A program made the position numbers and the translations under genes. Below are positions 1 through 8,350 of a DNA stretch of 26,076 nt, in pieces. Source of the DNA: Candidatus Heimdallarchaeota archaeon (GTDB taxonomy: Archaea > Asgardarchaeota > Heimdallarchaeia > Heimdallarchaeales > Kariarchaeaceae). Every line of letters starts with the position of its first letter. The stretch's first letter is position 1. The stretch is from positions 1 through 26,076 of the forward strand of contig WAKA01000091.1 of NCBI GenBank assembly GCA_015523565.1, written 5' to 3'. The notes under the pieces were generated by a model that was given only the letters and a program-made list of their open reading frames with translations, was not told the origin of the DNA and did no database searches.

Positions 1-240
1 ATGTTTCTCAATAAGATCCAAAAATTCTTTATAATATTTTGATTCATTTTTTTTTCGATCCAAAAACTCTTCTAAATCATCGATTGATTGAAGGTCCTCT
101 TTCACTAATATAGATTTTAAAATTTTCAATTTATGAGAGGAAACCCCTAAATGATGCTGGAGGATTGCCCATTTGTATTTTTCATAATCTTGGCTATTTG
201 AAAGAAGGGATTGGATTGACGTCAAGGTTTTCTTCTTCAT
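1..240 (-). CDS. Partial ORF (N-terminal 80 aa, runs off the window edge); hypothetical, possibly DprA/Smf-like N-terminus
   Basis: Manual translation: ATG at 240, open to base 1: MKKKTLTSIQSLLSNSQDYEKYKWAILQHHLGVSSHKLKILKSILVKEDLQSIDDLEEFLDRKKNESKYYKEFLDLIEKH. Not in the ORF track because it has no stop. TATA-like TTATAAAA/TTTAAAAA at 257-273 upstream. The product guess is weak. Confidence 0.55.
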   Translation of the reverse strand, partial: MKKKTLTSIQSLLSNSQDYEKYKWAILQHHLGVSSHKLKILKSILVKEDLQSIDDLEEFLDRKKNESKYYKEFLDLIEKH

Positions 241-288
241 TTATTTCTCAAAATCCTTTTTAAACTTTTATAATGCTCAAGAAATACA

Positions 289-957
289 TTAATAGGGATG
301 AGATAATGAAATCGGATAAAATGCTGCATTTGGTGCCATCCTATTAACGAGACCATATATTTCCCTGACTGTTCTTCCTGAAGAAATCATATCATCTACA
401 AATAACACTGTTTTCAGGTTTGGAAAAGAAAATATATTGTCTTTCAATGAGTACAATTTTTCATTTTCAGGCATTTCCCGACTAAATTGGTCAGATAATC
501 TTTCAATGCATTTAGTAAGGTCTACATTTATATTATACAATTTTTTTATTCGGTTCCTCCAACCTATTAGTTTATCTCGTTTTTCTTTATAAGGGGGTGG
601 AGAGACGATGCCAATTTCAGGTAGTAATTCAATCAATTCTTTATCAATTAGGTATTCCACATACCATTCCCCAAGAAGGTCAAATACCGAAACATTTCTT
701 TTTTTATTCATTAGAATGAGTTGAGTAAGATAATCCTGTTCATGTTTTAGGTGTTTTTTTTGATAATAAACTCCCATTTCATAGGCATAAATTGTCCCAC
801 CATTATTGACAGAAATACGACGTTTTCTATTTTCAAATTCAATTTTAAATTTCTCCGTTCCATGATCGACAATCAGATACATGGAATTAGAATTATCAGT
901 TTCAAGATAAATTTCAGCCTTAGAGTTAGCATTCCAATATTTTAGAAAATTACTCAT
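289..957 (-). CDS. Type I phosphoribosyltransferase-fold protein (ComF-like C-terminus)
   Basis: PRPP-binding loop VLFVDDMISSGRT near the C-terminus; GGAG upstream of the start; AT-rich compared with neighbouring core genes. Confidence 0.75.
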   Translation of the reverse strand: MSNFLKYWNANSKAEIYLETDNSNSMYLIVDHGTEKFKIEFENRKRRISVNNGGTIYAYEMGVYYQKKHLKHEQDYLTQLILMNKKRNVSVFDLLGEWYVEYLIDKELIELLPEIGIVSPPPYKEKRDKLIGWRNRIKKLYNINVDLTKCIERLSDQFSREMPENEKLYSLKDNIFSFPNLKTVLFVDDMISSGRTVREIYGLVNRMAPNAAFYPISLSHPY

Positions 958-1283
958 TTATCATTTTACTCCTGATGAACCACTTCATTAATGGGTTGAT
1001 TCTTCTAAGTCATCTATTCACGGATTTTCATAATAAATGTTATTGTAACCATAACAGATCTCTTATATGATAATGCAACAACCCCTGAGACCCTTGTTGA
1101 ATTTTGCATTTGTAGTGCAATATCTTTATGGCACTTATAATTTTATATGCAATTATTGTACGGCGCTTCATTAATATCTATTTTGCTGAATATTGATGAT
1201 AGTCTTTAATGGTATACCAATGCATATTCTGTACTGCTTGTACTGGAACAATAATTTTGTATTTATTTCCCCAATGCTCTGGG

Positions 1284-3086
1284 TCAATTTGCAAAAGGCC
1301 AGAATTTGTGTCCTGCACGTTTCTTCAGCAGTTCCATTTCGGAAAGTGTTTCCTTTTCATCGGTGGTGAGTTTGTCATTGTATTTTGTGATTAGTTTCAG
1401 GGCAGTGGGTTGGCGAAGGTCGACATAGAGGGTTTCACCAGGTTGAATTTGCCGACCAATGGTTGGTCCCTTGATGCTGACTGCAACCTGTTTTCCCTTG
1501 GTTGCTTTCTTGATGTTTTCATTGTTGTCCTTGATTTGGAGGATGCTTCCTACACGTTTGTTGTTTTCGTTGATCAAGATGTCTTTTGGTTCCAGTTCTC
1601 CAGCAAGTACCTCAACACCGACAACAGCAGGCTTGCTCTTGCGGAATATATACTCTGGCAGAATACGGATTTTGGTGGGTTTCTTGATTTCTCCCTCCTC
1701 TTCACGTTTGGCGATTGCCAGCATTTCGTTGAGCCAGTCGATATAACTGTCAAGGAGGTTATATACCACGTTGTCATGGAATACCTGAATCCCCTCTACA
1801 TCGGCATATTCCTGCGCATCATCAGTGATTTTGACATTGAAGCAGAGGATGGCACCATATTCGGGTTTCTTGTTGGCAGTGACGACTGCATCAAGCACAT
1901 CCCTTTTGGATACATCGCCAACGTCTGCTTTTCTTATGGGAATGCCGCGTTCCTTGATCATCCCAACCAATGCCTCTAGTGATCCCAAGGTGTCTGCCTT
2001 GACGACAATGCCTTCCTCATCGGTCTTGATCTGGAATTCCGCAAGTTCTTCCTCAACCATTTTTGAGAGACGCTTTGCGTCTTTCTTGTCAATGGCCACA
2101 TACAGGGGTGCCCCTGCCATGGCATCTTCAAGTCCAGGACCAGTGATCTTGACACCTGCGGAAGCATGTACCTCTTCCACTTTCATGAAACGATCCCTTG
2201 GATCCCTCATTTCATCCAAGGGCTTAGGTTCCAGCATTGCCCTCATCTTTGTGACAATCGCACCGTTTCTTCCCCCTACAACAATGAGGTCATCGCTATA
2301 GATCGACCCATCAAATAATATGACATCCAATGTGGTTCCTAAACCTGTTTCCTCTTTAACTTCAAGTATTACACCTTTTCCAGGCTTGTCTGTAGTCTCC
2401 AATTTCTTCATGAGGAATTGTTGTGTCAGTCCTGCCAAGACAAGGAAGAGATCGGCAATTCCCTCGCCTGTTGCGGCAGAGGTGGGAATGATGGCAACTT
2501 TTTTGGTGAAGTTTTTGACACGGTCATATCTGTCAGATTCAAACCCAAGCTGTGAAAGTTCTCCCATCACCTCATAGATTTTTGTGTCAAGTGCCGCCTT
2601 TGCCACAGGAATCTGTTTTTGATAGCTTTTGACGAATGGCATGTCCTTGTTGCCTTTCCATCCTGAGAGCCGGTCAATCTTGTTTGCCGCAACAATGAAT
2701 GGGACTTTTCTCCGTTTCAGTGTCTGGATGCTTTCATATGTTTGGGCTTGGAATCCAGATGTGAGATCCACGACAAGAATGGCTATATCCGCAACAGAGG
2801 CTCCCCTGCTCCTCAAGTTCATGAATGCCGCATGTCCAGGGGTGTCGACCATAAGTATCCCTGGGATTTTTAGCTTGATTTTGCCTTGATGAAGTTCATA
2901 ACCTACCTGCTCAATTGTCTCCCTCGGAAAAAAGCTTGCGCCGATGTGCTGTGTAATTCCTTTTGCCTCTCTTGCCTGTACGGCAGTCTTTCTCACCTTA
3001 TCCAACAATGATGTCTTTCCACTGTCTACATGCCCCATGATAACTCCTATGGGAGCCCTGATTCTTCCTTCCGGTTCTTCGGACAA
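1284..3086 (-). CDS. infB: Translation initiation factor aIF5B (IF-2)
   Basis: GHVDSGKT, GITQHIGA, DTPGH, NKID GTPase motifs; KADTLGSLEA; archaeal length (600 aa); TTG start with GGTGAG Shine-Dalgarno at 3092-3097. Confidence 0.98.
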   Translation of the reverse strand: MSEEPEGRIRAPIGVIMGHVDSGKTSLLDKVRKTAVQAREAKGITQHIGASFFPRETIEQVGYELHQGKIKLKIPGILMVDTPGHAAFMNLRSRGASVADIAILVVDLTSGFQAQTYESIQTLKRRKVPFIVAANKIDRLSGWKGNKDMPFVKSYQKQIPVAKAALDTKIYEVMGELSQLGFESDRYDRVKNFTKKVAIIPTSAATGEGIADLFLVLAGLTQQFLMKKLETTDKPGKGVILEVKEETGLGTTLDVILFDGSIYSDDLIVVGGRNGAIVTKMRAMLEPKPLDEMRDPRDRFMKVEEVHASAGVKITGPGLEDAMAGAPLYVAIDKKDAKRLSKMVEEELAEFQIKTDEEGIVVKADTLGSLEALVGMIKERGIPIRKADVGDVSKRDVLDAVVTANKKPEYGAILCFNVKITDDAQEYADVEGIQVFHDNVVYNLLDSYIDWLNEMLAIAKREEEGEIKKPTKIRILPEYIFRKSKPAVVGVEVLAGELEPKDILINENNKRVGSILQIKDNNENIKKATKGKQVAVSIKGPTIGRQIQPGETLYVDLRQPTALKLITKYNDKLTTDEKETLSEMELLKKRAGHKFWPFAN

Positions 3087-3119
3087 ATTTACTCACCAAA
3101 TGCAATACGATTTTCGGGA

Positions 3120-3127
3120 TTATATAA
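3120..3127 (-). promoter_or_regulatory. TATA box for infB
   Basis: TTATATAA about 35-40 nt upstream of the TTG start and just upstream of the SD. Confidence 0.55.
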
Positions 3128-3144
3128 CATAGGAAAGAGAACAG

Positions 3145-4980
3145 TTACATGGATAATGACCCTTTCCTGAAATCGTAAGGATCAATAAGGGCATTGACGA
3201 GTACAGGAGAATCTTTCATCAGTTTAAATCCATTGGTAAGCTTCTCTTCCAGTTCTTCATTTTCTGATACAAGAACCCCCTTTGCGCCGAGTCCCTCAAC
3301 GCTTTTCTCGTAATGGGTCGGGAGAAGTTTGGTCGCTATATCGCTTCCCAACAGTTTCTCTTGATCCCGTGCAATTTGTGCCCATCTGGCATCATTGCCG
3401 ATTAACCCAAACACGTTCATGCCATGCCTTACAAATGTGTCCCATTCTGCAATGGAATAGCCAAATGATCCATCCCCATAAATCAGGAATACATCCTTGT
3501 CCGGGAATACCGTCTTTGCGCCTATTGCAAAGCCTGCTCCTGCCCCCAATGTCCCGAATGCCCCTGGATCAAGCCAAGACAAAGGTGCACGCGGTTTTAC
3601 GATATAAGAGAATGTTGCAATGAAATCCCCTCCATCTCCCACTAAAATGCTGTTGTCTGGGAGGAACTTGTCAAACACCCTACAGACCAGCAATGCATTT
3701 GTATTTTCTGTTGTCTGTTCCGACATTTCCAGAATTTGTTTGTTTCTTTCATTTTCCCTTTTCCTTAAGGAATCCAACCACTTTTCCTTCTTGGTCTCAT
3801 TTGAAAGATAGCTGTTGTCACCCTTGAGCCTATGTGTCATTTCGTAAAGGCGGATTATAGCATCAACTGGATCCCCTTGGACAGTAAGATCAATTTTTCT
3901 GAGGTCTTTGTTAAGTTTCAGTTGTTTGGGATCCCGATTTATTGAGACAATTTTTGTGCTTTTACGGAAAAGCCGTCCATAATCCAACCTAAAGTCAAGA
4001 GGTACACCCAATAAGAGAACAACATCTGCTTCCTTTATTGCATCCCTCCTCTTATGGAAGAATTGGTACTCATAATTTGATCCAAGTAAGCCCCGTGCCA
4101 TTCCAGACAGGTAGATTGGAACTTGGAATGATTTCAGGGCTTCAATTGCCTTTTTAAGATATTTATGGTTTTGCGTCAACTCGCTTCCCGCTATGATTAA
4201 CGGTGTCTCTGCATCTGTCAGCAACGATGCGGCTTCCATCAAACGGGAAGTTGCCGCTTGCATTATTCGAGGTTCTTTGACAACAATATCTGGGGAATAG
4301 TTTGCCTTACCAAAAATTCCATTCAATTGTCTTTTGAGATACCACCTGATAAACTTGGAGGCAATGCTCTTTCCCTTGACCTTTTCTATACCATACATTT
4401 CCCTGACTAAATGTTCAGGGTAAAGCACATCAATTGGAACCTCAATGAAAACGGGTCCCGGCACATCACTTTGTGCTCTCCACATTGCCTCAGAAATTAT
4501 ATTAGGGATATCTTTCAATGACTTTATGGTAATCTGCCATTTCACAACGCTTTTCATCAACGCATGCTGGTCAATGTCTTGCAATGATCCCCTCCCTTTG
4601 AGCACAAGTGCAGTTGCTCCTCCAAAAAGCAGAACTGGGGAATGTGCCATTTGTGCATTTTTCAAAGCGGTAATTGTATTCGTCACACCAGGTCCTGCGG
4701 TGACAATTGCCACGCCTGGAACCCCTGAGAGACGGGCAGAAGCATCTGCGGCAAAAACTGCCGTCGCCTCATGGCGCACATCAATTACAGACATGCCCAA
4801 TTTCTCACATCCCGTCAATATTGGCGAAATGTGACCTCCAATCAACGTAAAAACGTGCTTGACACCGTGTTTTTTCAATGCATATGCAATCAAGTCCCCC
4901 CCATGCTTCAACTCTGCCACAGCCTGAATAGAAGAAAGGGCTTTGTAAGGATTCCCGTTCTTCAATAGGTCATTAGACAA
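3145..4980 (-). CDS. Thiamine-diphosphate enzyme, ILVBL/HACL2-like (acetolactate synthase-like / 2-hydroxyacyl-CoA lyase)
   Basis: [12 protein letters not shown] (catalytic Glu), [17 protein letters not shown], ThDP motif GDGSFG..N; subfamily-type strings [24 protein letters not shown]-terminal DFRKGSLSM. Confidence 0.9.
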   Translation of the reverse strand: MSNDLLKNGNPYKALSSIQAVAELKHGGDLIAYALKKHGVKHVFTLIGGHISPILTGCEKLGMSVIDVRHEATAVFAADASARLSGVPGVAIVTAGPGVTNTITALKNAQMAHSPVLLFGGATALVLKGRGSLQDIDQHALMKSVVKWQITIKSLKDIPNIISEAMWRAQSDVPGPVFIEVPIDVLYPEHLVREMYGIEKVKGKSIASKFIRWYLKRQLNGIFGKANYSPDIVVKEPRIMQAATSRLMEAASLLTDAETPLIIAGSELTQNHKYLKKAIEALKSFQVPIYLSGMARGLLGSNYEYQFFHKRRDAIKEADVVLLLGVPLDFRLDYGRLFRKSTKIVSINRDPKQLKLNKDLRKIDLTVQGDPVDAIIRLYEMTHRLKGDNSYLSNETKKEKWLDSLRKRENERNKQILEMSEQTTENTNALLVCRVFDKFLPDNSILVGDGGDFIATFSYIVKPRAPLSWLDPGAFGTLGAGAGFAIGAKTVFPDKDVFLIYGDGSFGYSIAEWDTFVRHGMNVFGLIGNDARWAQIARDQEKLLGSDIATKLLPTHYEKSVEGLGAKGVLVSENEELEEKLTNGFKLMKDSPVLVNALIDPYDFRKGSLSM

Positions 4981-5000
4981 GATGAATGTACAAACTTACC

Positions 5001-5014
5001 GACTTTATAAAGTC
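5001..5014. promoter_or_regulatory. Perfect 14-bp palindrome containing a TATA box; putative bidirectional core promoter
   Basis: GACTTTATAAAGTC, centred about 27 nt from the TTG at 4980 (-) and about 25 nt from the GTG at 5033 (+). Confidence 0.65.
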
Positions 5015-5032
5015 AATCTTGAATTCATATAT

Positions 5033-5722
5033 GTGAAATCCCAGTTGCAAACATTGCTTGATGAAGGAGAGGCAAACTACAACACCAGAAGGTTCAGGGA
5101 TGCCGCGGCAACCTTTGAAAGATTGACACGCCTTGCAGTGCAGGAAAATGAATTTGAGGATGCAGTGTACTTTGCGTATCGTTCAATCTTGGCATGGTCA
5201 TTGACTGACAAATATGATATGCTTGTCAATTCATGGATGTACCTCGGTGAACTGGCATACAAATACGCCGCAAAAACTGCAATAGAAAAATCTGAAGAAA
5301 TAAAAGACCCAAACAAAAGAGTGAAGATGTTCGAAAAAGCAGTCCACATCCTCAAACATTTGGGGGACACTGAAAAAATCAAGGTTCTGCAAAAGGAAAT
5401 GATCTCTGATCTGATTACACTCTCTGGAGAATTTGGAATTGATCCACTTGAACGTGAAATCAGGCTTAGAAAAGCAATGAAAATCCTTGAAGAGGGTGAA
5501 ATCGGAGACCAAAAACTTTACAGCAGTCTTCTGGAAAGACTTGCAGAAACCCTGGAGGAAATTGGGGATTTGAAATCCAAGGACAAAAATTTCGGAGCAA
5601 GTGAAGTAGCCATCAAATACTTTGTTGAAAGCTTGCAAACCTATGAAAAGATTGGCAACAAGAAAAAAGTCAAACAGGTTTCAAAAAAGATCGAGTCTTT
5701 AAATACGGGTGAATTTTATTAA
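5033..5722 (+). CDS. All-alpha TPR/SNAP-like solenoid protein, function unknown
   Basis: Repeated helix pairs (AAATFERLTRLA, AVYFAYRSILAW, AIKYFVESLQTYEKIG). The ORF track starts at 4982, but the GTG at 5033 fits the TATA spacing better. Confidence 0.65.
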   Translation: MKSQLQTLLDEGEANYNTRRFRDAAATFERLTRLAVQENEFEDAVYFAYRSILAWSLTDKYDMLVNSWMYLGELAYKYAAKTAIEKSEEIKDPNKRVKMFEKAVHILKHLGDTEKIKVLQKEMISDLITLSGEFGIDPLEREIRLRKAMKILEEGEIGDQKLYSSLLERLAETLEEIGDLKSKDKNFGASEVAIKYFVESLQTYEKIGNKKKVKQVSKKIESLNTGEFY

Positions 5723-5815
5723 TCAAACAGGGACTTCACGTAAAGGTTAAAAGAAAGACCACTCTATTTTTTTTAAAGAACTTCCTAGCAGGGAAATTAC
5801 AAGGAGTTAATAACC

Positions 5816-6634
5816 GTGTTACATCAATTACATGTCTGGGATATTGCAACCAAATATGACGTCGCAGAGGGAGCACCAAACAGAACATTATTGTCCGCAT
5901 TCTTGATTATGGGAAAGCAAAAATTCCGAAGGCTCCCAATTACCAAAATCGGAAAAATATATGGGATACTGACCGTCACCGACCTAATGAGGGCAGTCAA
6001 GGAAAAAGGACTTCCTGCCGCATTCAAGGAGAAAATACAGGACTACATGACACCAAATCCACAGACGATTGTCCTTGACAAATCTGTCGTTGACGCCACT
6101 AAATTGATGAGGAAAGGAAACTTTGGATCCCTGATTGTCGTCGGCAAAAGGCCTGACAGGCTTCAGGGAATTGTCACGGAAAGGGACATCCTCAAACACT
6201 GCCGGGACGAGAAATGGAAAGAGATACCCTTGGAAAGCTTCGGTAAAGATCTGCAAAAGGATATGCACAAAATCGAATCATCAGTACCATTGACAAATGT
6301 ACTTGCCTTCATGGCTGACCACAAGGTCTTTAGGGTGCTCACAATTGATGAGAATGGAAATGTAGACGGCATCATCTCTGCCAATGACATCACGCATCTT
6401 ATAGCGAAAGAAAGGGATGAGTTCACAATGAACCCTAACTTCCTTACAAGTCTTACGGCGCAGTTCCTTTCCACAAAAAACGTATTGACTCTTCCTGCTG
6501 AGACAAGCCTTTGGGATGCTGTTGAATTCATGACTAAGCACAATATCGGCGGCATACCTGTCACAAGCGGTGATGAGATAATCGGCATTTTCTCTGAAAG
6601 AGGTCTGACCCACTATATCGCAGACAATTATTGA
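5816..6634 (+). CDS. CBS domain protein (two Bateman pairs, 4 CBS repeats)
   Basis: FRRLPI..GILTVTDL, GSLIVV..GIVTERDI, GIISANDI, GGIPV..GIFSERGL; GTG start with AGGAG SD at 5802-5806. Confidence 0.92.
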   Translation: MLHQLHVWDIATKYDVAEGAPNRTLLSAFLIMGKQKFRRLPITKIGKIYGILTVTDLMRAVKEKGLPAAFKEKIQDYMTPNPQTIVLDKSVVDATKLMRKGNFGSLIVVGKRPDRLQGIVTERDILKHCRDEKWKEIPLESFGKDLQKDMHKIESSVPLTNVLAFMADHKVFRVLTIDENGNVDGIISANDITHLIAKERDEFTMNPNFLTSLTAQFLSTKNVLTLPAETSLWDAVEFMTKHNIGGIPVTSGDEIIGIFSERGLTHYIADNY

Positions 6635-6671
6635 TGTCTAACCATCATGGCACTTATTGAAATCCAGAAAC

Positions 6672-7817
6672 TTAGTCATTCAACCCATCATGGAGTTCGC
6701 CGACATATACTGCACGAGGGCGTATCAAACGGTTGTTTTCATACTGCTCCAATAAATGGGCAACCCAACCCGCCATTCTTGAGATTGCAAAAATTGATGA
6801 GAAGATTTCCGGCTTCAAGCCCACCCCATGCAAAATCAGCGCAGTATAGATTTCAACATTGGCACGGATGTTTCGTCCTGGCTTATACTCGTCGAAAAGC
6901 TTCTCTATCTTGTCAACCATCTCCATGACCAAGTTGTAAAATTCCTCATTTTCACCTTCATATAATTTTCTTGCCGCCTCCGAAAGAACCACTGAACGAG
7001 GGTCACGAACTTTGTAAACCCTGTGACCAAATCCCATAATGATTTCCTTGTTCTCAAATTTTGGACGCATGTATGATTCTATTCGATCCACTGTGCCTAT
7101 TTCTTTCATCATTTCTAAGGCAGGTCCTGGGGCACCTCCGTGCTTGTCTCCCTTCAATGATCCTATTGCCCCTGTAATTGCTGATATGAAATCAGAATTC
7201 GTGGAAAGAATTGCACGTGCAGCAAAGGTTGAGGCATTGAACCCATGCTCACTGACTGTATTCATGTATACTTCCAATGCCTTGCTCCGTTTTTCTGAAG
7301 GAACACGCCCTTCGAGCATGTAAAGAAAGTTTGCTGCGTTTCCAAGCTCCGCACTTGGCTCAATCGGATCTTCTCCATCCATATACCTCCAAAAAGCCGC
7401 TAACATTGTTGGTGCCTTGGCAATCAATGCCAATCCCAAATCATAATTTTCCTCCAATGTCAAATTCGTGGAATTTGGAAATTCCAAGGACAATGATGAG
7501 ATTCCCATGCGCAGCGCATCCATCGGTGAAACACGTGCATTGGCCGCTTGCCTCATCAACTCCATCGTAATTGCAGGGATCTTCCTGTTGTGGTATATCT
7601 TCTCTTTCAATGCTTTGAGTTCCTCATCATTTGGAAAACGACCTGTAAACAAGAGATGCAGCACTTCCTCATTCGATTTCTTGCCTGCAAATGATTCCAA
7701 CGGATAACCACGTATCCACAATTTCCCTGCAGTTCCATCTATCTTGCTCATCCGGGTTTCTGCAACATTTACTCCCGCCAGCCCATGAAAAATTGTATCG
7801 CTATCAATAGTTGACAT
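6672..7817 (-). CDS. Citrate synthase / 2-methylcitrate synthase family
   Basis: EHGFNASTF, LKGDKHGGA, GFGHRVYKVRDPR, RMAGWVAH, RLIRPRAVYVG. The catalytic acid position reads ANVE rather than PNVD. Confidence 0.95.
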   Translation of the reverse strand: MSTIDSDTIFHGLAGVNVAETRMSKIDGTAGKLWIRGYPLESFAGKKSNEEVLHLLFTGRFPNDEELKALKEKIYHNRKIPAITMELMRQAANARVSPMDALRMGISSLSLEFPNSTNLTLEENYDLGLALIAKAPTMLAAFWRYMDGEDPIEPSAELGNAANFLYMLEGRVPSEKRSKALEVYMNTVSEHGFNASTFAARAILSTNSDFISAITGAIGSLKGDKHGGAPGPALEMMKEIGTVDRIESYMRPKFENKEIIMGFGHRVYKVRDPRSVVLSEAARKLYEGENEEFYNLVMEMVDKIEKLFDEYKPGRNIRANVEIYTALILHGVGLKPEIFSSIFAISRMAGWVAHLLEQYENNRLIRPRAVYVGELHDGLND

Positions 7818-7995
7818 GATACCATAACTACATCAACACCATTTTTCAGGTTTTTCTTATGGATTCAGTATTATGAAAAACCAATGAAAACTAATGCAGG
7901 TTAGATCCACAATTGCCATCGGCAATCACATTAATTCTTTCGGTTGTTATCACAAAATAAATAACCAAGACAATCTCAATAAAGATTGAAACAAA

Positions 7996-8067
7996 GAGCT
8001 TGTAGTTCAGTGGAAGAATGTCGGTCTGCGGAACCGATGGTCGGGGGTTCAAATCCCCCCAAGCTCG
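7996..8067 (+). tRNA. tRNA-Arg(GCG), intronless, CCA not encoded
   Basis: Cloverleaf: acceptor GAGCTTG/CAAGCTC, D arm GTTC-AGTGGAA-GAAT, anticodon arm TCGGT-CTGCGGA-ACCGA (GCG at 8028-8030), T arm GGGGG-TTCAAAT-CCCCC, discriminator G. Confidence 0.97.
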
Positions 8068-8350
8068 TTACTGGATGTTGTTCTGACAACAAAGATTTCT
8101 AAAAATCAATAATGCGCATTATTTTGAAGGCAACTATTCAGCCATGTTCACTGTTACGGTCGGTCTTATATTACAAATGCGTTTTGTTATGAAAACTTAC
8201 AGCCATCCAAATCAAGTTCAAGCTTATCATTGCTTGGGTTGTTGGGGTTGATTCCCTTACTGGATAGTTCAAATTGAACTTTTAATGATTGTACTTTGGT
8301 TTGATAGTTCATCCCTTTTGTGAATTCAATGTCCAAGAATTTACTCTATT

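Noticed and set aside
1076-1099. Minus-strand GGGTCTCAGGGGTTGTTG resembles the 3' half of the T7 terminator
   Set aside because: Short imperfect match with no 5' arm and no other vector sequence; coincidence.
970-1200. TGATGA / CTGA motifs suggesting a C/D-box sRNA
   Set aside because: No correctly spaced C, D', C', D set found.
1284-3086. Intein in aIF5B
   Set aside because: Normal length and contiguous GTPase motifs.
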